Assembly (NCBI GenBank): GCA_963823555.1
Contig: CAWGMA010000001.1
Location: forward strand, 1,952,001-2,016,000
Source: Candidatus Eiseniibacteriota bacterium
Lineage (GTDB): Bacteria; Eisenbacteria; RBG-16-71-46; CAVPCR01
Length of the DNA stretch: 64,000 nt
Reading direction: 5' to 3'
Both the position numbers and the translations under genes were made by a program. Shown here one piece after another: positions 29,763 to 43,024 of the stretch; position 1 is the first letter of the stretch, and every line of letters starts with the position of its first letter. Below the pieces are notes generated by a model. The model saw only the letters and a program-made list of their open reading frames with translations, ran no database searches and was not told the DNA's origin.

Positions 29763-30689
29763 CTAGACGAAAAGCGAGCTGAGCGAGCGCTCCTCGTGGA
29801 TGCGGCGGATGGCCTCACCGAGGAGCGTTGCCACTGACAGCACGGTGAACTTATGGCCCAGGTCTCCGTGCGGAATCGTATCCGTAACGATGACTTCCTT
29901 GATCGGCGATGCGTTCAATCGATCGAGAGCGTCCGCTGACAGCACGGCGTGGGTCGCGCAGGAATAGACGGACCGCGCGCCAAGACGCAGGACGGCTTCC
30001 GCCGCCTCGCAGATCGTGGTCGCCGTGGAGATCATGTCATCGAGAATGAGAATCGTCTTGCCCTCAGGATCCCCGATCACGTGGATCACCTCGGCAATGT
30101 CGGGACGCGGACGCCGCTTGTCGACCACGGCCAGATCGGCGCCAAGACGCTTGGCGAACGCGCGGCCGAGCTTGGCGCTGCCGATGTCCGGCGAGAGGAT
30201 GCAGAGATCCTTCCAGTTGCGCGACTTCACGTGCTCCAGGATGACCGGCGCCGCGAACAGGTGATCGAACGGAATGTCGAAGAACCCCTGAATCTGTGCC
30301 GAGTGCAGGTCCATGGTCAGGACGCGATCGGCTCCCGCGGCCGAGATCATGTTGGCCACGAGCTTGGCCGTGATCGCCACTCGCGGCTGGTCCTTGCGGT
30401 CCTGCCGGGCGTAACCGAAGTACGGAATCACCGCCGTGATCCGCCGCGCCGAGGCCCGCCGGGCCGCATCCAGCATGATGAGGAGCTCGAGAATGTGATC
30501 CGCCGGCGGAAAGGTCGGCTGGAAGACGAAGACATCGTTTCCACGGATGTTGGCGTTGATCTTGACCGAGATCTCGCCGTCGCGAAACCGACTGACCTCG
30601 GCATCACCCAGTTCGATGCCCAGATACGAGCAGGTCCTCCTGGCCAGAGACTGGTTCGCTGTCCCCGAGAAAACCATCAACCGATCCAC
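29763..30689 (-). CDS. prs: ribose-phosphate pyrophosphokinase
   Basis: PYFGYARQDRK, DLHSAQIQGFF, DDMISTATT. Confidence 0.97.
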   Translation of the reverse strand: MDRLMVFSGTANQSLARRTCSYLGIELGDAEVSRFRDGEISVKINANIRGNDVFVFQPTFPPADHILELLIMLDAARRASARRITAVIPYFGYARQDRKDQPRVAITAKLVANMISAAGADRVLTMDLHSAQIQGFFDIPFDHLFAAPVILEHVKSRNWKDLCILSPDIGSAKLGRAFAKRLGADLAVVDKRRPRPDIAEVIHVIGDPEGKTILILDDMISTATTICEAAEAVLRLGARSVYSCATHAVLSADALDRLNASPIKEVIVTDTIPHGDLGHKFTVLSVATLLGEAIRRIHEERSLSSLFV

Positions 30690-30953
30690 CTTAGAGACTC
30701 CCCCCTCCGCCAGAGGCGGATTGGACCTCCCATTCCCAACGGCTCAACCCGGCCCGGCCAGCCACCCGAGAAGCAAAAGCAAAGAGCCCGGCGAACGAGA
30801 CCCATGTGGACAGGCCCTCCTCGAGGGCCTGCCTCCTCGGAACCCCATCGCGGGCGAGGAGGATGGTTTCGCGGGCTCGTAGCGCTCTCGGTGTTCTGTG
30901 TCGAGCAAACCGGACGACTAAGTCTTGGCGATTTCTCCTGTTCCCGCCCGAGC

Positions 30954-31027
30954 TGGCTGGGGCGGGAGGATTCGAACCTCCGGTGCGGGATCCAAAGTCC
31001 CGAGCCTTACCACTTGGCCACGCCCCA
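30954..31027 (-). tRNA. tRNA-Gln (TTG)
   Basis: cloverleaf; anticodon arm CGGGA-CTTTGGA-TCCCG; GGTTCGAATCC; encoded CCA. Confidence 0.95.
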
Positions 31028-31056
31028 GCACATCGGCGCCTCCGGGCCGGCGAGCG

Positions 31057-31356
31057 TCAGGCTTGGCTCCCGTGGCGTGCCGCCTCTCGCTCGAACTCGG
31101 CGAGGACGATGTCCTCCATTTCCCGGCGCGTCTCGATGTTGATGGGATGGGCGATGTCCTGAAACTGACCGTCCGGCCGGCGCCGGCTCGGCATCGCCAC
31201 AAAGACCCCGTTCGTACCCTGGATGATCTTGAGCCCGCGGATGACGAATGCGTTGTTCAAGGTCATCGTCGCGAAGGCCTTCAACCGGTCGTGCTTCGTG
31301 TCTTCACAGAGCGTGACCCGGACCTCCGTGATCACGAGCTTGGCATCCGTCGCCAT
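31057..31356 (-). CDS. spoVG: SpoVG family protein
   Basis: ITEVRV, LKAFAT, FVAMPSRR, DIAHPIN. Confidence 0.93.
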   Translation of the reverse strand: MATDAKLVITEVRVTLCEDTKHDRLKAFATMTLNNAFVIRGLKIIQGTNGVFVAMPSRRRPDGQFQDIAHPINIETRREMEDIVLAEFEREAARHGSQA

Positions 31357-31394
31357 CCGCTATCACCCTCCATGCGATATGCGATGGCCTCTGG

Positions 31395-32396
31395 CTACCG
31401 GAGGCCCGATGCTGCCCCGACCATTCCGCTCGCGGGGAGAATCTGGCAGCCTGAGCGGAACGGACGACACACGTGGACAGGGTGATCCCGGCGATTCAGA
31501 GCATCGGCGAGCCGACGCGCTTCCGCTTCGCTCACGACCAAGGCGTAAGCCGCGGAGCCGCTTCCGCTCATGCGCGCTCCGATGATGTCGCCGGTTCTGA
31601 GTTCCTCGAGAACCCCCGCCACCACCCCATAGCGCCGAGCCACAACCTCCTCGAGGTCGTTGACCAGACCGCGCGCGATCCGGGAGCAACTTCGCTCACG
31701 AATCGCGAACTCGAGGATGCTAGACGAGGCGCCCTGCGCTGTCAACTCCTCCTCCGCCCTAGCCTCGTATGCCCATTGCGTTTCCACCGCCACCCCGGGA
31801 GCGACGAGGACGATCCAGAGGGGTGGGAGCGGGGGCAGGCGACGCAGCTCCTCCCCCCGCCCCGTGGCGAGGCAGGTGCCGCCAACCAGGAAGAAGGGGA
31901 CATCGGAGCCGAGCTGGGCCGCCAGCTGCCCGATCTCGCTCGAGCCCAGGGGGCAGCCCATGAGGTGGTTGAGGCCGGCGAGAACCGCTGCGGCATCGGC
32001 GGAGCCGCCGCCGAGTCCGGCCGCCACAGGGATTCGCTTCTTCAGGTGCATCGAGACCCGGTACCGGCCCGCGAGCACCTCCCGCAGGCTCCCCGTCGCG
32101 GCGGCCCGCGCGGCCCCCCGGGCGCGAATCGCTTCGAGTACCAACTCCGCCGCCCGAAAGGCCAGGTTCGACCGGCCGGCGGGAAGCTCGGCCCCCTCCA
32201 CCGCCACCGTGATCCCCTCCCCCCGCTCGAGGGTTATCGCGAGCTCATCGGCGAGATCGATCGCCTGCATCACAGTCTTGACGTCGTGATAGCCATCGGC
32301 TCGCCGGCGCAGGATTTCGAGCGTCAAGTTGATCTTTGCCGGCGCGCGCACCACCACCTGGGCGGACAGCGCCCCCGGCACCGGTTCCTGCTGCAT
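31395..32396 (-). CDS. ispE: 4-diphosphocytidyl-2-C-methyl-D-erythritol kinase
   Basis: APAKINLTL, KRIPVAAGLGGGSADAA, LGSDVPFF, MSGSG. Confidence 0.96.
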   Translation of the reverse strand: MQQEPVPGALSAQVVVRAPAKINLTLEILRRRADGYHDVKTVMQAIDLADELAITLERGEGITVAVEGAELPAGRSNLAFRAAELVLEAIRARGAARAAATGSLREVLAGRYRVSMHLKKRIPVAAGLGGGSADAAAVLAGLNHLMGCPLGSSEIGQLAAQLGSDVPFFLVGGTCLATGRGEELRRLPPLPPLWIVLVAPGVAVETQWAYEARAEEELTAQGASSSILEFAIRERSCSRIARGLVNDLEEVVARRYGVVAGVLEELRTGDIIGARMSGSGSAAYALVVSEAEARRLADALNRRDHPVHVCRPFRSGCQILPASGMVGAASGLR

Positions 32397-32422
32397 GGCT
32401 GGTCGTTTGCTCCCGTCCGGAG

Positions 32423-33310
32423 TCAGCCGAGATAGAGGATGATACCGATGGCAGCGAGCCAGAGGACGATGTTCATGAGCAACGGGCCGTCGGTCAAGAG
32501 GACCTCGGTCGGGTTCCCGCCCGATCGCCGCTCCAGCACGAGATAGGCATAGCGGAAGACGCCGTAGACAACGAACGGCACGGTATAGACGAGTGAGGGC
32601 GACTGGAACTTGGCCACCGTCGCCGGGGCGATCGTGTACGTGGCGTAGGCAATGACGGTCGCCGCCGTCATCACGCCCATCATCAGATCCAGAAGTCGAG
32701 GGGAGTACTCCGCGAGCGTGCGGCGGTGGACAGCGGCTCCGCTCTCCAGCAGGACCAGCTCCTGATGGCGCTTTCCGGTGGCGAGGAACAGCGCCAGGAA
32801 GAGCGTACAGACCTCGAGCCATGGCGAGATCTGGGTGGCTGGATCCACGGCCCGGACCACCTCGACTCCCGCGATCGCGCGCAGGACGAATCCGATCGCG
32901 ATGGCCAGCACGTCGAGGATGATCACCCGCTTCAGGGCGAGCGAGTAGGCGAAGATCAGGAAAGTGTAGGCGGCAGCCGTGAGCGCAAACCCGGCTCCCA
33001 GGCGGGTGGCCACGCTGAGACCGACGAGGATCAGCACGGCCGCTGCGGTCAGACCGACCATCGGCGGCAAGGCACCCGACGCCATCGGCCGCTTGCATTT
33101 CTCGGGGTGCATCCGATCGCGCTCGAGGTCGAAGAAGTCGTTGATCAGATAGGACGCGCTCGAGATGGCGCAGAACACGAGGAATCCAGCAACGACTCGC
33201 AGGAACAGATGCGGATCGAGAGCGTTCTGCGAGAAGATGAGACCGGCGAACAGCACGCCGTTCTTCACCCATTGCCGGGGCCTCATACTGGTAATGAGTG
33301 CATTGAGCAT
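32423..33310 (-). CDS. UbiA-family decaprenyl-phosphate phosphoribosyltransferase-like protein
   Basis: MRPRQWVKN, YLINDFFDLERDRMHPEKCKRPMASG, KRHQEL. Confidence 0.88.
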   Translation of the reverse strand: MLNALITSMRPRQWVKNGVLFAGLIFSQNALDPHLFLRVVAGFLVFCAISSASYLINDFFDLERDRMHPEKCKRPMASGALPPMVGLTAAAVLILVGLSVATRLGAGFALTAAAYTFLIFAYSLALKRVIILDVLAIAIGFVLRAIAGVEVVRAVDPATQISPWLEVCTLFLALFLATGKRHQELVLLESGAAVHRRTLAEYSPRLLDLMMGVMTAATVIAYATYTIAPATVAKFQSPSLVYTVPFVVYGVFRYAYLVLERRSGGNPTEVLLTDGPLLMNIVLWLAAIGIILYLG

Positions 33311-34929
33311 CACGATTCTCGCGCGTGTTGTTTCGGCTCCAGTGCCGGGACGGATTCGGCGGAACGGCGGCGTTCGCCAAGCTCCGCGGTGGCCCGGGAT
33401 GCCTCGTCGAGCCGGGGAATGGACGTTGCCACCGCACGCTCCTTGATCTGGTGCGCCGGCTCGGCAGCCATCCCCGCCCCCAGCACCTCGGGTCGCGAGT
33501 AGAGGAACCGCCGTGCTCTGCTGGCGGCGCCCAGTGCGAAGCGCCAGTAGCTCCACGGCATGGCGACGATCAGATGGGCAGCCAGGCGTCGGAAGTGCTC
33601 GGGGACGTCGGCGAAGATCTCGGTGCCGTCGGTCTCGAGCTCCTCCAGCCGCGGTGCCACACGCCGCCAGCGGTCACGTTTGACACCGCCGAAAAGGGCC
33701 CGGAGTAGCCGGGGGATGCTCCGGATCAACCCCGGCCGGCCGCGGTCATAGAGGCCCAGCTCCCGCACGTACGGCGCATGGAAGATGGGGTCCATGTCCA
33801 CCTCGATCACCCAGGTCATACCATGATTCAGTAGTCGGTCCCCGTCGGCCGCGCCCCGCTCCTCGACGGGAGCGCGATCCTCCCGCCGGGCCAGCTGCCG
33901 CCCATGTCGTGCCGCCTGCGGCCGCGTGGTCAAGCGCGTGTAGTCGTACCAGACTTCGCGATAATGCACGTCCCCGACCACCCACTCCAGCCGGCCGGCG
34001 TCGGTGCCATCGGCTCGCACCCAGCACTCGACCCGCTCCCAATCCCGTTCCCAGAACTTGTGGAGTTCCCCCGGGACGAGAGTGACGAATCGCCACACCC
34101 AGTATCGCCGGCCCTTGAGCCAGTAGGGAGCATGCCCGCGCGCCGCGTAGGGATAAGCGGGGTTACCGGGCTCATTGACGTAGAGGAAGAGCGTCGGGGG
34201 CAACCCCCGCGGAATGATGAACCACTCGACCAGAAAGAAGAGGACCACAAACCCGAGCGAGAACAGAATGAGCCCCGGGATCGACTCCGGCAGCTGCCAC
34301 AGATGACGGAAGGCGACGATCGGAAGGGGGGCGACCAGCGCCGTCACTGGATCGCGCAAGAGCCCGAGCAGGATGATGGCGAGCAGAACGTAGAGCGCGC
34401 TCGACACATGCTCGCCCAGCGGAGCCAGGAAGTCGAGGCGGGTCAGATACGGCAGCAAGCCAAAGGAGATGGCGATCGCCAGCAGTCCGGCCAGGAGCAA
34501 TTTGTAGGTGGGGTAGAAGAGACTCACCTCGCAGCGGGAGGCGCGGGGATCGATCAGATCCTCTGCGATCGGCTGGGCATCCAGGACCGCCCGTACCCGG
34601 CCCGGAGCCGCCGGCTCGACCACGAGCCGGTGCCGGCTGATCACTTCATCGACCGGGTGACCCAGACGCTGAGCGCGACCGTGGAACAGCCGCATCAGGT
34701 CATAGACGACCCGATAGGGCAAGAGCACCGGGAGGAAGACGAAGGCCAGGATGTAGTAACGAAGCTGCGGCAATCGCGTCCGCGGGCGATCGACGGCCCG
34801 CCTGAAGTGGCCGAGAGTCAATCTCCCATCAGCCACGACGGCAGGCGACACGATACCCGCCAGATTGAACACGCTGGCCCAGTAGTCGCAATAGAGGAAC
34901 GGGCCGAGCCCGATGCCGAGTCGAAACAC
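33310..34929 (-). CDS. hypothetical membrane protein (539 aa)
   Basis: long ORF with several TM segments and an aromatic-rich soluble domain (ERDWERVE); stop overlaps next start. Confidence 0.7.
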   Translation of the reverse strand: MFRLGIGLGPFLYCDYWASVFNLAGIVSPAVVADGRLTLGHFRRAVDRPRTRLPQLRYYILAFVFLPVLLPYRVVYDLMRLFHGRAQRLGHPVDEVISRHRLVVEPAAPGRVRAVLDAQPIAEDLIDPRASRCEVSLFYPTYKLLLAGLLAIAISFGLLPYLTRLDFLAPLGEHVSSALYVLLAIILLGLLRDPVTALVAPLPIVAFRHLWQLPESIPGLILFSLGFVVLFFLVEWFIIPRGLPPTLFLYVNEPGNPAYPYAARGHAPYWLKGRRYWVWRFVTLVPGELHKFWERDWERVECWVRADGTDAGRLEWVVGDVHYREVWYDYTRLTTRPQAARHGRQLARREDRAPVEERGAADGDRLLNHGMTWVIEVDMDPIFHAPYVRELGLYDRGRPGLIRSIPRLLRALFGGVKRDRWRRVAPRLEELETDGTEIFADVPEHFRRLAAHLIVAMPWSYWRFALGAASRARRFLYSRPEVLGAGMAAEPAHQIKERAVATSIPRLDEASRATAELGERRRSAESVPALEPKQHARES

Positions 34930-34980
34930 GTGTGATCCGCCGACCTTCAGTTCTGGTCGCTCTCGCCGCCGCGTCGCGGA

Positions 34981-35436
34981 CTACTCGCCACCCGTCGCAT
35001 CGAGACCTTCATCGCCGCCCGCCACGGCCGGCGCAGTGACCGCAGGGGACTTGGTTGCATCTTCGCTCGGGGTCGCGCTCGAAGCAAGCAAGGCCACACC
35101 GCAGCAGATCACGCCGACTCCGAGCATGCGCATGACGCTGATATGCTCGCGCAGGAGCAGCCAGGAGAAGAACACGACAAGAACGTAGCCCATGCTGACC
35201 AACGGATAGGCCAGGCTGAGCGGCAGCTTGCTCAGGATGAAGAGCCAGAACAGGGAGCTCACGCCGTACATGAGGAAGCCCAGGAGCACGATCGGCGTCG
35301 TGAACAGGCGGACGTAGTAGCCAATCGGCCCGGTCTCCTCCATGCTCAGGTTCATCCGCCCGATGGCGTACTTGAGAATGAGCTGACCTGCCACTGCCGG
35401 AGTGACGCTACAGAGAACCAGAAGAATGCTTCGCAT
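34981..35436 (-). CDS. SMR/EamA-like small membrane transporter (ArnE/F-like)
   Basis: GQLILK, LSKLPLSLAYPLVS, LREHIS. Confidence 0.82.
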   Translation of the reverse strand: MRSILLVLCSVTPAVAGQLILKYAIGRMNLSMEETGPIGYYVRLFTTPIVLLGFLMYGVSSLFWLFILSKLPLSLAYPLVSMGYVLVVFFSWLLLREHISVMRMLGVGVICCGVALLASSATPSEDATKSPAVTAPAVAGGDEGLDATGGE

Positions 35437-35439
35437 GAC

Positions 35440-36135
35440 CTAGGATCTCCCGGAACGCGACGGAACGCGGGGAAAGAGCACGGCTTCGATGCTGGCACAG
35501 AAGAGATGTCCCAGGAGCAAATGGACTTCCTGGATGCGGGCTGGATCGATGGTGGGCACAACGAACCCGAGGTCGCACGCGTGGGCGAACTCCGCACCAC
35601 GCCCCCCGGTAAGCCCGATGGTCTTGACCCCGATCCGGTGCGCTGTCTCCACCACGCGGCGGATGTTCGGCGAGGCACCGCTCGTAGAGAGAGCGACCAG
35701 AACATCCCCGGCCCGCGCGACGGCCAGGAGCTGTCGCGAGAAGACATGCTCATAGCCGTAGTCATTGGCGATGGCAGTGAGCGCTGGCACATTCTCGGTG
35801 AGCGCGTGGGCGCGCAGCGGCTCGCGATCGATGTAGAAGCGGCCCGATAGTTCGGCGGCCAGATGGAGCGCCTGGGCGGCGCTGCCGCCATTGCCGCAGA
35901 AGACCACCTGGTTCCCGCCGCGGAGGGCTTGGACGGCGAGATCGACCGCCGCCGCCAGCGGCTCGGCATGGTCCGCAGCACCCGCGGCCAGGCGCGCCGA
36001 CTCGGCGATGGTGGCACGCAAGGCGGCGACGAGGGGGCCGGTGGTTGATGCGGCGCGAGTCTTCCGCCGCGCACTCGACTCACCGGAGCCCGCTCCATTC
36101 CTCACCCTGCGCCCGATCGTCCTCCTCGTAGTCAT
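35440..36135 (-). CDS. gmhA: phosphoheptose isomerase (SIS domain)
   Basis: CGNGGSAA, TAIANDYGY, STSGAS, IQEVH. Confidence 0.92.
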   Translation of the reverse strand: MTTRRTIGRRVRNGAGSGESSARRKTRAASTTGPLVAALRATIAESARLAAGAADHAEPLAAAVDLAVQALRGGNQVVFCGNGGSAAQALHLAAELSGRFYIDREPLRAHALTENVPALTAIANDYGYEHVFSRQLLAVARAGDVLVALSTSGASPNIRRVVETAHRIGVKTIGLTGGRGAEFAHACDLGFVVPTIDPARIQEVHLLLGHLFCASIEAVLFPRVPSRSGRS

Positions 36136-37019
36136 GCACTCCCCTCGCGGCGCCTGGTCGTGGCCGCGACGCCCGGGGCCCGGGCGGCACGCGCGGCGAT
36201 GTGATCGGCCAGCGCCTCTTCCCAGCCCCTGAGCCGGCCCCCGGTGAGACGGGCGAAGCGTTGGCAATCGAGCACCGAATTGGCCGGCCTCTGGGCAGGA
36301 CGACCGATCCGGGCGCGCGTCGTGGGCTTCACCCTCTCCGGATCGCCACCGGCGAGCCGCAAGGCCGCCCGAGCCAGTTCGAAGCGGCTTGCCCAGCCGG
36401 TGTTGGCCACATGCACGATGCCCGCAGCACCGGCGGTGATCAGAGCAACGAGGCCGTTGGCCAGATCGCCGGCCCGGGTCGGGCTGCCGCGTTCATCGGT
36501 GACCACCTCGAGCGCGGTGTCGCTGGCCGCTCGCTCGAGGATGGCGTCGATGAAACCCTTGCCGGGACCGTACAGCCAACCGCCGCGCACGATCAAGCAG
36601 TCAGGGACGACCGACATCGCCGCCATCTCCCCGCCGAGCTTGCTGCGAGCATACGTGGAACCCGGCCGCGGCGGGTCGTCTTCCTCGTAAGGTTCGCCCT
36701 TCTCCCCATCGTAGACGTAGTCCGTGCTCATATAGAGGAGGCGCGCGCCGCAGGCGCGGGCTGCGCTGGCGACATGGACGGTGCCGGCGATGTTGACGAG
36801 CGCAGCGACCTCCGGTTCGTGCTCCGCATCGTCGACGCGGGTGTACGCCGCGAGATGGATGACCCACTGAGGACCGGCCGCGGTCATCGCCCGCATCACG
36901 CCCTCGCGATCGCGGATATCCACGCGCTCGCCCCCCACCACTTCATGGCCGTTCTGGACGAGGAGTGGCCCGACCGCGCCGCCGACGAGACCACCGAGTC
37001 CGGTCACATAGATCAGCAC
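36132..37019 (-). CDS. rfbD: dTDP-4-dehydrorhamnose reductase
   Basis: AAYTRVD, STDYVYDG, YARSKLGGE, GSPT. Confidence 0.93.
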   Translation of the reverse strand: MLIYVTGLGGLVGGAVGPLLVQNGHEVVGGERVDIRDREGVMRAMTAAGPQWVIHLAAYTRVDDAEHEPEVAALVNIAGTVHVASAARACGARLLYMSTDYVYDGEKGEPYEEDDPPRPGSTYARSKLGGEMAAMSVVPDCLIVRGGWLYGPGKGFIDAILERAASDTALEVVTDERGSPTRAGDLANGLVALITAGAAGIVHVANTGWASRFELARAALRLAGGDPERVKPTTRARIGRPAQRPANSVLDCQRFARLTGGRLRGWEEALADHIAARAARAPGVAATTRRREGSA

Positions 37020-37072
37020 GTCGATCTCCCCGGGATCGCCGGCCGCCAGCGACTGGCTACGGGCCCCAGCAC

Positions 37073-38137
37073 TCAGACCTCGATCTCGCAGGAATCCCCG
37101 ATCATGAAACGGCTGGCGCGAGGTCGCCCCTGAGCCCGGGTGATGCGGACGTCCTTGCCGATCAAGCTCGACTCGACACGGGCATCGAGCTCGAGGATCT
37201 GGCTGCGCTGGAGGACGATGGAATGCTCGATCTCACTGCCGCGAATGGCCACTTCATCGCTGATCGCGGTGAAGGGTCCGATATAGGAATCGGTGATCAT
37301 GCAGCGATCACCGACGATGAGCGGCCCGCGCAAGATGCTCCGCACCACCTGAGTCCCGGATCCGATCACCACATGCCCCTCGATCCGGCTCTCCGCATCG
37401 ACATCACCGCGAATGTCGCGGACGATGTCCGTGAGCATGATGCGGTTGGCCTCGAGAAGATCGGCGAGCTTACCGGTGTCCTTCCACCACCCGCTGATGA
37501 CATGAGAGCGTACATCCAGCCTGTCGTCGATCAGCTTCTGGATCGCATCGGTGATCTCGAGCTCGCCACGCCAGGAAGGCTTGATGGAACGAACCGCCGC
37601 GAATACGTGACGGTCGAACATGTAGACCCCGACCAGCGCGTAGTCGCTCTTCGGATGCTTCGGCTTCTCTTCGAGACCGATCACATGATTCTGACCGTCG
37701 AGCTCGGCCACGCCGAACTGACTCGGATTCGGCACCTTGGCGAGCAGGATCTGGCAATTCGGCCGTTCGCGGCGGAAGGCATCCACCAGCGAGACGATGC
37801 CATCGCGGATGCAGTTGTCTCCCAGGTACATCACAAAGGGGTCATCGCCGATGAACGCCTCTGAAATGAGCACCGCATGCGCCAATCCGCGAGGTGCGTC
37901 CTGCGGGATGTAGGTCACGCGCACGCCAAAGGCGCTGCCGTCGCCGACGGCGGCGCGAATCTCCGCCGCCGTGTCGCCGACCACGATGCCGATATCGCTG
38001 ATGCCGGCATCACGCACCGCCTTGATGGCATGGAAGAGGATCGGCTGATTGGCCACCGGCACCAGCTGCTTGGCGCTGGTGTGGGTGATGGGACGGAGCC
38101 GCGTGCCGCGTCCTCCGGATAGGATGAGGCCTTTGAT
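37073..38137 (-). CDS. rfbA: glucose-1-phosphate thymidylyltransferase (long form); probable ATC start
   Basis: KGLILSGGRGTRLRPITHTSAKQLVPVAN lies upstream of the ORF-track start; GELEITD, WKDTG; C-terminal beta-helix. Confidence 0.92.
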   Translation of the reverse strand: MKGLILSGGRGTRLRPITHTSAKQLVPVANQPILFHAIKAVRDAGISDIGIVVGDTAAEIRAAVGDGSAFGVRVTYIPQDAPRGLAHAVLISEAFIGDDPFVMYLGDNCIRDGIVSLVDAFRRERPNCQILLAKVPNPSQFGVAELDGQNHVIGLEEKPKHPKSDYALVGVYMFDRHVFAAVRSIKPSWRGELEITDAIQKLIDDRLDVRSHVISGWWKDTGKLADLLEANRIMLTDIVRDIRGDVDAESRIEGHVVIGSGTQVVRSILRGPLIVGDRCMITDSYIGPFTAISDEVAIRGSEIEHSIVLQRSQILELDARVESSLIGKDVRITRAQGRPRASRFMIGDSCEIEV

Positions 38138-38193
38138 GATCGCCCTCCGCGTTGGACTTCGCTGGTCGCGAAACTAGAGCAACTTCACCGGCA

Positions 38194-40857
<2,664 letters not shown>

Positions 40858-40956
40858 GGATCTCCTTGGAACGGCCTCGGGGCGCGGGTTTGCTCTCTGG
40901 GTCCGGCTCGGTCCGGAAGCAAGCGGCTCCCGCCGCTGGCAGGATCACCCTGCTCT

Positions 40957-41487
40957 CTAGGAGCGATCCCCCTCGAGGCTCCCGGCCTCACGCCGCGGGA
41001 GAGCCGCCGCGATCGCGCTGGACGAGAACCCGAGCCGGCGCAAAGCGGCGATCGAGCGACGGCGGGCGACCTCCGGACTGAGCTTGGCCCAGCGGTACTC
41101 CCGCCGCCTCAGGGCGTCTCGCGCGAGGGTTGCTTCATCGGTTGTGGCCGCGACCTCGCGCAAGACCTCGTCCACCACCTCTCCGGCAACGCCGCGCGTG
41201 GTGAGTTCGCGCCGCATGAGTGCGAACCCGCGTGGCCCCAGCCGGAAACGTCGGCGGACATAGCCTTCGGCGTAGGCGCGATCGTCAAGGAGACCGACTT
41301 CAACGAGACGTTCGATCACCGCCGCCCGAACATTCGCCGGAAACCCCCGGGCGGTGAGCTTGCGATCGAGCCCGACGCAGGTGCGCGGCTGCGCAGCCAG
41401 CAGCCGCAGCGCCGTTTCGTGCGCTGCGGCACGCCCTTCGTCCCCTGCTGGACGTCCTGGCCTCCTCACTGTCGGCCTCCTCGCCAT
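40957..41487 (-). CDS. recX: recombination regulator RecX
   Basis: ALRLLA, GLLDDRAYA, ELTTRGV, LRRLGF; downstream of recA; start uncertain. Confidence 0.88.
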   Translation of the reverse strand: MARRPTVRRPGRPAGDEGRAAAHETALRLLAAQPRTCVGLDRKLTARGFPANVRAAVIERLVEVGLLDDRAYAEGYVRRRFRLGPRGFALMRRELTTRGVAGEVVDEVLREVAATTDEATLARDALRRREYRWAKLSPEVARRRSIAALRRLGFSSSAIAAALPRREAGSLEGDRS

Positions 41488-41538
41488 CGGCCGGGCAGCG
41501 AGCATAGCACGTGGCCCGGGCGACTTGCCCCCCTGGCG

Positions 41539-42780
41539 CTAGCTGCGGCCGCGGCGCGCCGCCTGGGCCACGCGATCGCCGCGACTGGAGCTCCGGCCAT
41601 CGCCGGGCTCACGAGTGGCAACGGCCACCGCACCCGTCGCCCCCGATCGCTGGGCACCCGGCTCACCCCGCGCTCCGGTAGCAGACTGACCATTGCCGGA
41701 TCCCGGGGCCGCGTGCGCGCCGGGCGTCTGCGTGCCGGCGCTGTCGGGGGTGCCTGCAGCCACGACCGCGGCACCCATGGCGACCTCGGCCCGCCGGCGG
41801 ATCTCCGCCTTGATCCCCGCGGTCACGTCGGGATGCTCCTGGAGGAAGACCCGCGCATTCTCCCGTCCCTGCCCCAGGCGGTCCTCGCCATAGGAGAACC
41901 AGGTGCCCGACTTCTTCACGATGTCCTTCTCCACGGCGAGATCGAGGAGCTCGCCCTCGCGGGAGATCCCGGTGTTGTAGAGCACGTCGAACTCGGCCTG
42001 CCTGAACGGCGCCGCCACCTTGTTCTTGACGACCTTCACCCGCACCCGGTTTCCGATGACCTCCTCGCCTTCCTTGATCGATCCGATGCGCCGGATGTCG
42101 ATTCGAACCGACGAGTAGAACTTGAGGGCCTTGCCGCCGGTCGTCGTCTCGGGGTTTCCGAACATGACACCGATCTGCATGCGGATCTGATTGATGAAGA
42201 TGACGCAGGTACGCGACTTGGCGATGGCCGCGGTGAGCTTGCGCAGGGCCTGCGACATGAGCCGCGCGTGCAAGCCCATATGGGAATCGCCCATCTCGCC
42301 TTCGATCTCGGCCTTCGGAACCAGGGCTGCCACCGAGTCGATGGCAACCACGTCCACGGCTCCCGAGCGCACCAGGGTCTCGGCGATCTCGAGCGCCTCC
42401 TCGCCGGTATCGGGCTGGGCGACGTGAAGATTGTCGATGTCCACACCGAGACGCTGGGCGTAATGGGCATCCAGCGCATGCTCGGCATCGATGAACACGG
42501 CATGACCGCCGAGCTTCTGAGCCTCGGCGATGATCGAGAGGGTCAGGGTGGTCTTACCGGAGGACTCGGGGCCGAAGATCTCGATCACTCGCCCGCGCGG
42601 GACCCCGCCCACCCCGAGCGCCAGATCGAGACCCAGCGATCCGGTCGGAATGGCCTCGGTGCGCACCTTGGCCGACTCGTCACCGAGCTTCATGATGGCG
42701 CCTTTGCCGTGCTGCTTCTCGATCTGAGCGATCGCCAGCTCGAGTGCCTTCGCCTTCTCCTTCGACAGCTCCGTTGCCAT
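41539..42780 (-). CDS. recA: recombinase RecA with low-complexity C-terminal tail
   Basis: [30 protein letters not shown]. Confidence 0.98.
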   Translation of the reverse strand: MATELSKEKAKALELAIAQIEKQHGKGAIMKLGDESAKVRTEAIPTGSLGLDLALGVGGVPRGRVIEIFGPESSGKTTLTLSIIAEAQKLGGHAVFIDAEHALDAHYAQRLGVDIDNLHVAQPDTGEEALEIAETLVRSGAVDVVAIDSVAALVPKAEIEGEMGDSHMGLHARLMSQALRKLTAAIAKSRTCVIFINQIRMQIGVMFGNPETTTGGKALKFYSSVRIDIRRIGSIKEGEEVIGNRVRVKVVKNKVAAPFRQAEFDVLYNTGISREGELLDLAVEKDIVKKSGTWFSYGEDRLGQGRENARVFLQEHPDVTAGIKAEIRRRAEVAMGAAVVAAGTPDSAGTQTPGAHAAPGSGNGQSATGARGEPGAQRSGATGAVAVATREPGDGRSSSRGDRVAQAARRGRS

Positions 42781-43024
42781 GATCTCGCTCCCTCTCTAGG
42801 GGCCGGGGGGTGCTGGCCGGACCCGCGCGATCGGCGGTCGGGCTCCGGTTCGTCGTTTCCTGGGCCAGGGCGAGGCGCTCCCTCCAAACCCGGCGAGGCT
42901 CGTGGAGTGAGAGCCGGTTCCAGGCCGCTGGTTTTTGCGCCCGTCCAGTGTCTCTAAACCAATACGCATGAGTAGTCAACAAAATTCTGGCCCCGGGGGC
43001 CTCATCCAGTCTGCTGGGCCCTTC

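Noticed and set aside
42940..42990. LexA box upstream of recA
   Set aside because: An AT-rich patch with a TTGACT -35-like hexamer is present, but I recognise no SOS-box palindrome
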